Of a DNA stretch of 64,000 nt, positions 1 to 13,982 are shown piece by piece. Each line of letters opens with the position of its first letter. Positions within the stretch are counted from its first letter, which is position 1. Source of the DNA: Eledone cirrhosa (taxonomy: Eukaryota); contig OZ024740.1 of NCBI GenBank assembly GCA_964016885.1, forward strand, positions 72,664,001-72,728,000. Direction: 5' to 3'. A program made the position numbers and the translations under genes. The notes under the pieces were generated by a model. The model was given only the letters and a program-made list of their open reading frames with translations, ran no database searches and was not told the DNA's origin.

Positions 1-3000
1 ATACAACAACAACAACAACAACAACAATATTGAGAAGTTGGAACACACTGAACTGATACAACAACAACAACAACAACAATATTGAGAAGTTGGAACACAC
101 TGAACTGATACAACAACAACAACAACAACAACAACAATATTGAGAAGTTGGAACACACTGAACTGATACAACAACAACAACAACAACAACAACAATATTG
201 AGAAGTTGGAACACACTGAACTGATACAACAACAACAACAACAATATTGAGAAGTTGGAACACACTGAACTGATACAACAACAACAACAACAACAACAAT
301 ATTGAGAAGTTGGAACACACTGAACTGATACAACAACAACAACAACAATATTGAGAAGTTGGAACACACTGAACTGATACAACAACAACAACAACAACAA
401 CAATATTGAGAAGTTGGAACACACTGAACTGATACAACAACAACAACAACAACAACAATATTGAGAAGTTGGAACACACTGAACTGATACAACAACAACA
501 ACAACAATATTGAGAAGTTGGAACACACTGAACTGATACAACAACAACAACAACAACAATATTGAGAAGTTGGAACACACTGAACTGATACAACAACAAC
601 AACAACAACAATATTGAGAAGTTGGAACACACTGAACTGATACAACAACAACAACAACAACAATATTGAGAAGTTGGAACACACTGAACTGATACAACAA
701 CAACAACAACAACAATATTGAGAAGTTGGAACACACTGAACTGATACAACAACAACAACAACAACAATATTGAGAAGTTGGAACACACTGAACTGATACA
801 ACAACAACAACAACAATATTGAGAAGTTGGAACACACTGAACTGATACAACAACAACAACAACAACAATATTGAGAAGTTAGAACACACTGAACTGATAC
901 AACAACAACAACAACAACAATATTGAGAAGTTGGAACACACTGAACTGATACAACAACAATAACAACAACAATATTGAGAAGTTGGAACACACTGAACTG
1001 ATACAACAACAACAACAACAATATTGAGAAGTTGGAACACACTGAACTGATACAACAACAACAACAACAACAATATTGAGAAGTTAGAACACACTGAACT
1101 GATACAACAACAACAACAACAACAATATTGAGAAGTTGGAACACACTGAACTGATACAACAACAATAACAACAACAATATTGAGAAGTTGGAACACACTG
1201 AACTGATACAACAACAACAACAACAACAACAACAATATTGAGAAGTTGGAACACACTGAACTGATACAACAACAACAACAATATTGAGAAGTTAGAACAC
1301 ACTGAACTGATACAACAACAACAACAACAACAACAATATTGAGAAGTTGGAACACACTGAACTGATACAACAACAACAACAACAACAATATTGAGAAGTT
1401 GGAACACACTGAACTGATACAACAACAACAACAACAATATTGAGAAGTTAGAACACACTGAACTGATACAACAACAACAACAACAATATTGAGAAGTTAG
1501 AACACACTGAACTGATACAACAACAACAACAACAACAATATTGAGAAGTTAGAACACACTGAACTGATACAACAACAACAACAACAACAATATTGAGAAG
1601 TTGGAACACACTGAACTGATACAACAATAACAACAACAACAATATTGAGAAGTTGGAACACACTGAACTGATACAACAACAACAACAACAATATTGAGAA
1701 GTTAGAACACACTGAACTGATACAACAACAACAACAACAATATTGAGAAGTTAGAACACACTGAACTGATACAACAACAACAACAACAACAATATTGAGA
1801 AGTTAGAACACACTGAACTGATACAACAACAACAACAACAACAATATTGAGAAGTTGGAACACACTGAACTGATACAACAATAACAACAACAACAATATT
1901 GAGAAGTTAGAACACACTGAACTGATACAACAACAACAACAACAACAATATTGAGAAGTTGGAACACACTGAACTGATACAACAACAACAACAACAACAA
2001 CAACAATATTGAGAAGTTGGAACACACTGAACTGATACAACAACAACAACAACAACAACAATATTGAGAAGTTGGAACACACTGAACTGATACAACAACA
2101 ACAACAACAATATTGAGTAGTTGGAACACACTGAACTGATACAACAACAACAACAACAATATTGAGAAGTTGGAACACACTGAACTGATACAACAACAAC
2201 AACAACAACAACAATATTGAGTAGTTGGAACACACTGAACTGATACAACAACAACAACAACAATATTGAGAAGTTAGAACACACTGAACTGATACAACAA
2301 CAACAACAACAACAACAATATTGAGAAGTTGGAACACACTGAACTGATACAACAACAACAACAACAACAATATTGAGAAGGTGGAGCACACTGAACTGAT
2401 ACAACAACAACAACAACAATATTGAGAAGTTAGAACACACTGAACTGATACAACAACAACAACAACAACAATATTGAGAAGTTGGAACACACTGAACTGA
2501 TACAACAACAACAACAATATTGAGAAGTTGGAACACACTGAACTGATACAACAACAACAACAACAACAATATTGAGAAGTTGGAACACACTGAACTGATA
2601 CAACAACAACAACAATATTGAGAAGTTGGAACACACTGAACTGATACAACAACAACAACAATATTGAGAAGTTGGAACACACTGAACTGATACAACAACA
2701 ACAACAACAACAATATTGAGAAGTTGGAACACACTGAACTGATACAACAACAACAACAACAACAATATTGAGAAGTTGGAACACACTGAACTGATACAAC
2801 AACAACAACAATATTGAGAAGTTGGAACACACTGAACTGATACAACAACAACAACAATATTGAGAAGTTGGAACACACTGAACTGATACAACAACAACAA
2901 CAACAACAATATTGAGAAGTTGGAACACACTGAACTGATACAACAACAACAACAACAACAATATTGAGAAGTTGGAACACACTGAACTGATACAACAACA

Positions 3001-3980
3001 ACAACAACAATATTGAGAAGTTAGAACACACTGAACTGATACAACAACAACAACAACAATATTGAGAAGTTGGAACACACTGAACTGATACAACAACAAC
3101 AACAACAACAACAATATTGAGAAGTTGGAACACACTGAACCGATACAACAACAACAACAACAACAACAACAATATTGAGAAGTTGGAACACACTGAACTG
3201 ATACAACAACAACAACAACAACAATATTGAGAAGTTGGAACACACTGAACTGATACAACAACAACAACTACAACAACAATATTGAGAAGTTGGAACACAC
3301 TGAACTGATACAACAACAACAACAACAACAATATTGAGTAGTTGGAACACACTGAACTGATACAACAACAACAACAACAACAATATTGAGAAGTTGGTAC
3401 ACACTGAACTGATACAACAACAACAACAACAACAATATTGAGAAGTTGGAACACACTGAACTGATACAACAACAACAACCTCAACAATATTGAGAAGTTG
3501 GAACACACTGAACTGATACAACAACAACAACAACAACAATATTGAGAAGTTGGAACACACGGAACTGATACAACAACAACAACAACAATATTGAGAAGTT
3601 AGAACACACTGAACTGATACAACAACAACAACAACAATATTGAGAAGTTGGAACACACTGAACTGATACAACAACAACAACAACAACAATATTGAGAAGT
3701 TGGAACACACTGAACTGATACAACAACAACAACAACAATATTGAGAAGTTAGAACACAGTGAACTGATACAACAACAACAACAACAACAACAACAGCAAT
3801 ATTGAGAAGTTGGAACACACTGAACTGATACAACAACAACAACAACAACAATATTGAGTAGTTGGAACACACTGAACTGATACAACAACAACAACAACAA
3901 CAATATTGAGAAGTTGGTACACACTGATACAACAACAACAACAACAACAATATTGAGAAGTTAGAACACACTGAACTGAT

Positions 3981-4021
<41 letters not shown>

Positions 4022-7012
4022 ATTGAGAAGTTGGAACACACTGAACTGATACAACAACAACAACAACAACAATATTGAGAAGTTGGAACACACTGAACTG
4101 ATACAACAACAACAACAACAATATTGAGAAGTTGGAACACACTGAACTGATACAACAACAACAACAACAATATTGAGAAGTTGGAACACACTGAACTGAT
4201 ACAACAACAACAACAACAACAATATTGAGAAGTTGGAACACACTGAACTGATACAACAACAACAACAACAATATTGAGAAGTTGGAACACACTGAACTGA
4301 TACAACAACAACAACAACAACAATATTGAGAAGTTGGAACACACTGAACTAATACAACAACAACAACAACAATATTGAGAAGTTGGAACACACTGAACTG
4401 ATACAACAACAACAACAACAATATTGAGAAGTTGGAACACACTGAATTGATACAACAACAACAACAACAATATTGAGAAGTTGGAACACACTGAACTGAT
4501 ACAACAACAACAACAACAATATTGAGTAGTTGGAACACACTGAACTGATACAACAACAACAACAACAATATTGAGAAGTTGGAACACACTGAACTGATAC
4601 AACAACAACAACAACAACAATATTGAGAAGTTGGAACACACTGAACTAATACAACAACAACAACAACAATATTGAGAAGTTGGAACACACTGAACTGATA
4701 CAACAACAACAACAACAATATTGAGAAGTTGGAACACACTGAATTGATACAACAACAACAACAACAATATTGAGAAGTTGGAACACACTGAACTGATACA
4801 ACAACAACAACAACAATATTGAGTAGTTGGAACACACTGAACTGATACAACAACAACAACAACAATATTGAGAAGTTGGAACACACTGAACTGATACAAC
4901 AACAACAACAACAATATTGAGAAGTTGGAACACACTGAATTGATACAACAACAACAACAACAATATTGAGAAGTTGGAACACACTGAACTGATACAACAA
5001 CAACAACAACAATATTGAGTAGTTGGAACACACTGAACTGATACAACAACAACAACAACAATATTGAGAAGTTGGAACACACTGAATTGATACAACAACA
5101 ACAACAACAATATTGAGAAGTTGGAACACACTGAACTGATACAACAACAACAACAACAATATTGAGAAGTTGGAACACACTGAACTGATACAACAACAAC
5201 AACAACAATATTGAGAAGTTGGAACACACTGAACTGATACAACAACAACAACAACAACAATATTGAGAAGTTGGAACACACTGAATTGATACAACAACAA
5301 CAACAACAATATTGAGAAGTTGGAACACACTGAATTGATACAACAACAACAACAACAATATTGAGAAGTTGGAACACACTGAACTGATACAACAACAACA
5401 ACAACAATATTGAGTAGTTGGAACACACTGAACTGATACAACAACAACAACAACAATATTGAGAAGTTGGAACACACTGAACTGATACAACAACAACAAC
5501 AACAATATTGAGTAGTTGGAACACACTGAACTGATACAACAACAACAACAACAATATTGAGAAGTTGGAACACACTGAACTGATACAACAACAACAACAA
5601 CAATATTGAGAAGTTGGAACACACTGAACTGATACAACAGCAACAACAACAATATTGAGTAGTTGGAACACACTGAACTAATACAACAACAACAACAACA
5701 ATATTGAGAAGTTGGAACACACTGAACTGATACAACAACAACAACAACAACAATATTGAGAAGTTGGAACACACTGAACTGATACAACAACAACAACAAC
5801 AATATTGAGAAGTTGGAACACACTGAATTGATACAACAACAACAACAACAATATTGAGAAGTTGGAACACACTGAACTGATACAAGAACAACAACAATAT
5901 TGAGTAGTTGGAACACACTGAACTGATACAACAACAACAACAACAATATTGAGAAGTTGGAACACACTGAACTGATACAACAACAACAACAACAACAATA
6001 TTGAGAAGTTGGAACACACTGAACTGATACAACAACAACAACAACAACAATATTGAGAAGTAGAAACACACTGAACTGATACAACAACAACAACAACAAC
6101 AATATTGAGAAGTTGGAACACACTGAACTGATACAACAACAACAACAATATTGAGAAGTTGGAACACACTGAACTGATACAACAACAACAACAACAACAA
6201 TATTGAGAAGTTGGAACACACTGAACTGATACAACAACAACAACAACAACAATATTGAGAAGTTGGAACACACTGAACTGATACAACAACAACAACAACA
6301 ACAACAATATTGAGAAGTTGGAACACACTGAACTGATACAACAACAACAACAATATTGAGAAGTTGGAACACACTGAACTGATACAACAACAACAACAAT
6401 ATTGAGAAGTTGGAACACACTGAACTGATACAACAACAACAACAATATTGAGAAGTTGGAACACACTGAACTGATACAACAACAACAACAACAACAATAT
6501 TGAGAAGTTGGAACACACTGAACTGATACAACAACAACAACAACAACAATATTGAGAAGTTGGAACACACTGAACTGATACAACAACAACAACAATATTG
6601 AGAAGTTGGAACACACTGAACTGATACAACAACAACAACAACAACAATATTGAGAAGTTGGAACACACTGAACTGATACAACAACAACAACAACAACAAT
6701 ATTGAGAAGTTGGAACACACTGAACTGATACAACAACAACAACAACAACAACAATATTGAGAAGTTGGAACACACTGAACTGATACAACAACAACAACAA
6801 CAACAATATTGAGAAGTTGGAACACACTGAACTGATACAACAACAACAACAACAACAACAATATTGAGAAGTTGGAACACACTGAACTGATACAACAACA
6901 ACAACAACAACAACAATATTGAGAAGTTGGAACACACTGAACTGATACAACAACAACAACAACAACAATATTGAGAAGTTGGAACACACTGCACTGATAC
7001 AACAACAACAAC
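1..7012. repeat. Composite minisatellite: constant 31-nt TATTGAGAAGTTGGAACACACTGAACTGATA alternating with variable (CAA)n; runs off the window start
   Basis: Directly visible. Unit length is 31+3n, mostly about 46-61 bp, with well over 100 near-identical copies. Confidence 0.98.
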
Positions 7013-7625
7013 AATAATAATAATAATGACAATAATAACAGCAACAATAACAACAATAACAACAAAAATATCGACAACAGCAACAATAACAACAATAACA
7101 ACAATAACAACAACAATGACAACAGCAACAGTAACAACAATAACAACAATAACAACAACAACGACAACAGCAACAGTAACAACAATAACAACAATATCGA
7201 CAACAGCAACAATAACAACAATAATAACAACAACAACAGCAACAATAACAACAACAACATCAATAACAACAATATCGACAACAGCAACAATAACAATAAC
7301 AACAATTTCAGCGACTGCACCAATAACAATAACAACATTATCAGCAACAACAACGACAACAGCAACAATAACAACAATAACAACAACAACAACAACAATA
7401 ACAACAATAACAACAATAACAACAATAACAACAATAACAACAACAGCAACAATAACAATAACAACAACGACAGCGACTGCACCAATAACAATAACAACAT
7501 TATCAGCAACAGCAACAATAACAACAATAACTATAAAAACAACGATAGCGACTGCACCAACAACGACAACAACGACAAAAACAGCAAGCAACAACAACAA
7601 AAAACAACAACAGCAGCAAAAACAA
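7013..7625. repeat. Degenerate (AAC/AAT/AGC) trinucleotide low-complexity tract
   Basis: Imperfect ACA/ATA/GCA triplets; source of the spurious poly-Thr ORF. Confidence 0.9.
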
Positions 7626-7846
7626 AATCAAAGAGCTTTTTTTTCTAAGATTTAAGATATAAATTCGTAAAACGTTTGATGAAAAACTATTTTCAACATC
7701 TTTTTATTTTTTCGTTAAGTAGCAGTCAATTTTTAACAGGAATAACACCAACCCTCCACCATTAACCCCGCTCTCTAGTCCATTACTCCACCCGCCAAGT
7801 CCCCCACCCCCACCAAGCAACATATTGTTGTTTTAGATTCACTTAC

Positions 7847-7886
7847 AGTCTATCGGTTTTCAATTTTCTGAGTGGATCCCTCAAAT
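7847..7886 (-). other. Candidate 40-nt exon of an unidentified minus-strand host gene
   Basis: The minus strand reads cttttgaactctctcag|ATTTGAGG...GATAGACT|gtaagtga, with consensus acceptor and donor. One frame is open (xLRDPLRKLKTDRx). No homology recognised. Confidence 0.3.
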
Positions 7887-7997
7887 CTGAGAGAGTTCAA
7901 AAGATCGATAACAACAATCAAAACATTTATTTTCGATTCGAAAAAAAATTAGCAAATCAAAGAAAATATTTTTGCTTTTGCAACTCTACCCTTAGTT

Positions 7998-10640
7998 CAC
8001 TAACTAAGTAATAGTTAGCGGACTCAGGGTAGAGTTACTAAAGTACTAACTAAGTAATAGTTAGTGGACTCAGGGTAGAGTTACTAAAGTACTAACTAAG
8101 TAATATTTAGCGGACTCAGGGTAGAGTTACTAAAGTACTAACTAAGTAATAGTTAGTGGACTCAGGGTAGAGTTACAAAAGTACTAGCTAAGGAATAGTT
8201 AGCGGACTCAGGGTAGAGTTACTAAAGTACTAACTAAGTAATAGTTAGCGGACTCAGGGTAGAGTTACTAAAGTACTAACTAAGTAATAGTTAGCGGATT
8301 CAGGGTAGAGTTACAAAAGTACTAACTAAGGAATAGTTAGCGGACTCAGGGTAGAGTTACTAAAGTACTAACTAAGTAATAGTTAGCGGACTCAGGGTAG
8401 AGTTACAAAAGTACTAGCTAAGGAATAGTTAGCGGACTCGGGGTAGAGTTACAAAAGTACTAACTAAGGAATAGTTAGCGGATTCAGGGTAGAGTTACAA
8501 AAGTACTAACTAAGGAATAGTTAGCGGACTCAGGGTAGAGTTACTAAAGTACTAACTAAGTAATAGTTAGCGGACTCAGGGTAGAGTTACAAAAGTACTA
8601 GCTAAGGAATAGTTAGCGGACTCGGGGTAGAGTTACAAAAGTACTAACTAAGGAATAGTTAGCGGACTCAGGGTAGAGTTACTAAAGTACTAACTAAGTA
8701 ATAGTTAGCGGACTCAGGGTAGAGTTACTAAAGTACTAACTAAGTAATAGTTAGTGGACTCAGGGTAGAGTTACTAAAGTACTAACTAAGGAATAGTTAG
8801 TGGACTCATGGTAGAGTTACTAAAGTACTAACTAAGTAATAGTTAGCGGACTCAGGGTAGAGTTACTAAAGTACTAGCTAAAGAATAGTTAGCGGACTCA
8901 GGGTAGAGTTACAAAAGTACTAACTAAGTAATAGTTAGCGGACTCAGGGTAGAGTTACTAAAGTACTAGCTAAGGAATAGTTAGCGGACTCAGGGTAGAG
9001 TTACAAAAGTACTAGCTAAGTAATAGTTAGCGGACTCAGGGTAGAGTTACTAAAGTACTAACTAAGTAATAGTTAGTGGACTCCGGGTAGAGTTACTAAA
9101 GCACTAACTAAGTAATAGTTAGCGAACTCAGGGTAGAGTTACTAAAGTACTAACTAAGTAATAGTTAATGGACTCAGGGTAGAGTTACTAAAGTACTAAC
9201 TAAGTAATAGTTAGCGGACTCAGGGTAGAGTTACTAAAGTACTAACTAAGTAATAGTTAGCGGACTCAGGGTAGAGTTACTAAAGTACTAACTAAGTAAT
9301 AGTTAGTGGACTCAGGGTAGAGTTACTAAAGTACTAACTAAGTAATAGTTAGCGGATTCAGGGTAGAGTTACTAAAGTACTAACTAAGTAATAGTTAGCG
9401 GACTCAGGGTAGAGTTACTAAAGTACTAACTAAGTAATAGTTAGCGGACTCAGGGTAGAGTTACTAAAGTACTAGCTAAGGAATAGTTAACGGATTCAGG
9501 GTAGAGTTACAAAAGTACTAACTAAGGAATAGTTAGTGGACTCAGGGTAGAGTTACTAAAGTAATAACTAAGTAATAGTTAGCGGACTCAGGGTAGAGTT
9601 ACAAAAGTACTAACTAAGGAATAGTTAGCGGACTCAGGGTAGAGTTACTAAAGTACTAACTAAGTAATAGTTAGCGGACTCAGGGTAGAGTTACAAAAGT
9701 ACTAGCTAAGGAATAGTTAGCGGACTCAGGGTAGAGTTACAAAAGTACTAACTAAGGAATAGTTAGCGGACTCAGGGTAGAGTTACTAAAGTACTAACTA
9801 AGTAATAGTTAGCGGACTCAGGGTAGAGTTACTAAAGTACTAACTAAGTAATAGTTAGTGGACTCAGGGTAGAGTTACTAAAGTACTAACTAAGGAATAG
9901 TTAGTTGACTCAGGGTAGAGTTACTAAAGTACTAACTAATAGTTAGCGGACTCAGGGTAGAGTTACTAAAGTACTAGCTAAGGAATAGTTAGCGGACTCA
10001 GGGTAGAGTTACAAAAGTACTAACTAAGTAATAGTTAGCGGACTCAGGGTAGAGTTACTAAAGTACTAGCTAAGGAATAGTTAGCGGACTCAGGGTACAG
10101 TTACAAAAGTACTAGCTAAGTAATAGTTAGTGGACTCAGGGTAGAGTTACAAAAGTACTAGCTAAGGAATAGTTAGCGGACTCAGGGTAGAGTTACTAAA
10201 GTACTAACTAAGGAATAGTTAGTTGACTCAGGGTAGAGTTACTAAAGTACTAACTAAGTAATAGTTAGCGGACTCAGGGTAGAGTTACTAAAGTACTAAC
10301 TAAGTAATAGTTAGTGGACTCAGGGTAGAGTTACTAAAGTACTAACTAAGTAATAGTTAGTGGACTCAGGGTAGAGTTACTAAAGTACTAACTAAGTAAT
10401 AGTTAGTGGACTCAGGGTAGAGTTACTAAAGTACTAACTAAGTAATAGTTAGTGGACTCAGGGTAGAGTTACTAAAGTACTAACTAAGTAATAGTTAGTG
10501 GACTCAGGGTAGAGTTACTAAAGTACTAACTAAGTAATAGTTAGTGGACTCAGGGTAGAGTTACAAAAGTACTAACTAAGGAATATTTAGTGGATTCAGG
10601 GTAGAGTTACTAAAGCACTAACTATCCCATAGTTAGTGGT
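7998..10640. repeat. 46-bp tandem satellite (ACTAACTAAGTAATAGTTAGCGGACTCAGGGTAGAGTTACTAAAGT), about 57 copies
   Basis: Period 46 seen directly (e.g. 8045 to 8091). Each unit holds the hairpin CTAACTA-AGTAA-TAGTTAG. Confidence 0.97.
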
Positions 10641-10644
10641 CTCA

Positions 10645-11312
10645 GCAATGCCAAATGGTTAAGAAGTTCGCCTTGCAATCATAAATTCGCAGGTTCGATC
10701 CCATTGCTTGGCATCATGCGCAAGTGTCATTTACTATAGTCCCAGGTCGTCCTACGAGAAATTGGGTAGACTGTTTTTTGGAAGCCTGTCCTATGTACTG
10801 TACCTGTAATTCAAAGAGAGAGATATGTCATACACTGCGACATTCTGAATCTCCCTGAGAACTACGCTAAGGGTACACGTCTATGGAATCACCAGCCACT
10901 TACACAGTAATACAAGATGGACTGTACCTGTAATTCAAAGGGCCAGTCACAATACACGCAGCATCACTTTGGATCTCCCTGAGAACTAAACACAGTAATA
11001 CAAGATTGATTACATCTGAAATTCAAATGGCCAGTCATATCACACACTGCGTCACTCTGGATCTCCCCGAGAACTACGCAAAGGGTACACGTATCTGTGG
11101 AATACTCAGCCACTTATACAGTAATACAAGATAGACTGTACTTGAATTTCAAACGGCCAGTCTTGTTACACACTGCACCACTCTGAATCTCCCTGAGGAA
11201 GACGTTAAGTGTACACGTGTCCGTATAACGCTCAGTCAATTGCACGTTAATTTGACAAGTAGGTTATTGCGTTGACCAAACAACTGGAGCACTCGTCATC
11301 GAAACCGATTCC
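10645..11312 (+). mobile_element. tRNA-derived SINE with an internally multiplied body segment
   Basis: A-box-like AATGGTTAAG and B-box GGTTCGATCCC. The body motif (G/A)ATCTCCCTGAGAACTACG occurs four times and is shared with copies at about 35030 and 56805. Confidence 0.75.
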
Positions 11313-11318
11313 TCTCTG

Positions 11319-11359
<41 letters not shown>

Positions 11360-11367
11360 TACACACA

Positions 11368-11728
11368 CAGTTGTCCCCTGGTATTCGCAAGAGTTACGTT
11401 CCTAGTGTACCGCGAAGAGTGAAAAACCGCGAGTATTGGACGTGGTCCATAAAAATGAATATAAACGTCAAAATATAACGTAAGATATAATAAAAAAGAG
11501 GGCCCGTCTTATGCAAAGGGGCGTCTAATAGGCCGGCAAATACGGTATATTGTTATTAATAATTTAGCGTTAAAATCATATATATATTGCCACGAAAAAA
11601 GCCATTAAAAAATCGCGGTAGATATTTACGATTCCGTGGATATGCGATGGTTTCCACGAATAAATATTAGTTAGATTCTAACGAAAATTCCGCGAATAAC
11701 CGGAACCGCGAATACCGGGGATACACTG
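11368..11728. mobile_element. Tc1/mariner (pogo/Tigger-like) MITE
   Basis: Imperfect TIRs CAGTTGTCCCCTGGTATTCGC ... GCGAATACCGGGGATACACTG, followed by TA, in a TA/CA tract. Confidence 0.75.
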
Positions 11729-12139
11729 TATATATATATATATATACCTGTTTCTACTATGGGCTGGTTCATGCATAAGTCTAGTTTACAGCCTCATTCG
11801 ATTCTGTGCTAGCTGGCAGGTGGCAATATATTTTGCCGTTCTTGGGACTTCTGTCCTAAGAAAGGAAAATGCTCTCTGATGATCCGAACATTTCCATTGG
11901 AGATCCCTAGGATCTCCAATCTTTTGTAAGATGGAACAGTCGGTAAAAGCAGAAGGATTCGGTAAATATTTAAATTATATTTTTTAATTTATTTTAAGAA
12001 ATTGTTTGAATTTTACTTGCTCCGCTTATCTCAATTTTACAGTTCTGGTATGTCAAGTTAATACCATGGAACAACCATTGTATCATAGACACCCTATATA
12101 TTTCCAGCAGTACTTAGTACCTGTGGGGATATTAATCTC

Positions 12140-12561
<422 letters not shown>

Positions 12562-12749
12562 GTTATATAGTTATACTTGGGGAGAGTCATATTTGTGTAA
12601 TATTGCCAGAATTAATAACAGAACACACTCACTGTTTGGTTGGTTTTCGCTTTTCGCTTCTGTGTCTTTTATATCGGTAATCTAATTTATTCGGACCTCA
12701 ATGTTGCCATTGACTGACCAACGGTCAAAAATAATACAGATACATATAT

Positions 12750-12803
12750 ATAGTTTATCAAAGTTCTTTCGTTGCACATCTGCAACATCGTCAGTGGTGC
12801 TAT
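12750..12803 (-). ncRNA. Mirror copy of the PLE hammerhead motif
   Basis: Exact reverse complement of 15947-16000. Confidence 0.55.
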
Positions 12804-13059
12804 TGTTTCCTCCCGTTGCATTGTATTTTCTACGCCATCTTTATTTAGTCTGTTTATATATTTATTTATTTGTTTATTTTATTTTGTCTTCTTTGCGCAT
12901 GCGTTTGCGTGTGTGTATAGTGTTTTGTTTGATGTGTGTTCGTGATTGGGTGACTGTGTATTGGTTAATGTATTCTATCTTTACTAGTGTGCGTTTATAT
13001 GTGTTTGTTGTTATTATGCTTGTGTATGTATTTATTTATTTATTTATCTATTTATTTAT

Positions 13060-13982
13060 TTAGACTTCTCTTAGGACAGTGTTGTTTGTTTGGGTGTTGT
13101 TGTTATTCCATTCATTCTTTCTGTTTAGCCTTGGCCTTCTAAGTTCTATTTCACTGGCCTCTCTAATTTGCCTATCTGCTGGGTCATTTCTATGTTTAGA
13201 TATTATTCTAATTTCTATATTGTCTATGTTACCGTCGTGTTGTCTGGCATGTTCGTATAGTACTGAACCGTTTTTTCGTCCTTTTAGTTCCCCCCAGTGT
13301 TGGTCTATCCTTTCACCTATGCTACGAGCTGTCTCGCCTATGTATGTTGTTGTCATGTTTCTGCAAGTACCCTCTGTACATCTTATGCTATAGACTACGT
13401 TTCTAGTTTTACAGTTTATCCGGGGGTTTACCTTACATATGATACATTTCCTATTAGTACAGTGGGTTTTTTTAAAAGGGTAGGTTTTGCTGATCAGGGA
13501 TTTTATGGTGGTTCCTGGCTTTTCTACCACCTTAATCTTTAAGTGGGTCTTTCTCAGGGCCTTTCTACACTGGTTAGCTAATTTCCCTCCAGGGGTAGCG
13601 TCCACAAACATGACACTCTGGTATCTCTGGTTGTCGTACCATGAGGTGGCTTTCCCTATCTTATGTCTAGCCCTATCTAAGCTATTCCATGATTTTCTGT
13701 ATAATGGGCAAATTTCTTTCATGTCCAGTTCTATGAGGGTCTTATACTTCTCCATGGCACCTTCGTATACTCTGACTCTGTCTCTTTGGTTGTAGCCAGA
13801 GAACTGCATGCGGTTGATGAAGTGTTGGATGTGTCCTTCCATTTCTGTTGGGTCGCACATGCGGGACACATTCTTCATCACTCGTACCAAATCTGCGATC
13901 AGAATATTAAACTTAGCACTACTGGACATTGCTGAGTTTTTGAGTATCAGGTATTTGGAGGCCATGGGTTTAGCATAGTGTG
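13060..13982 (-). pseudogene. Inverted duplicate of the PLE RT thumb and GIY-YIG region; open frame of 301 aa from an internal Met
   Basis: Near-identical to the plus-strand copy, with TGC (Cys) where that copy has TGA. Confidence 0.9.

Noticed and set aside
1-7012. CRISPR-like array (constant repeat plus variable spacer)
   Set aside because: The spacers are only (CAA)n of varying length, there are no cas genes, and the context is eukaryotic.
879-7655. Very long Leu/Val/Cys and Thr-rich ORFs (up to 1322 aa)
   Set aside because: Translations of a stop-free tandem repeat, open in all three frames.
10645-10715. tRNA gene
   Set aside because: A and B boxes are present but there is no clean cloverleaf, and it continues into a repeated SINE body. 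The same applies at 17870, 34409, 34843, 48189 and 56620.
12701-13063. 120-aa hydrophobic ORF (and its mirror at 15687-16049)
   Set aside because: Antisense to the A-rich PLE 3' UTR with a compositional bias; duplicated only because of the inversion.
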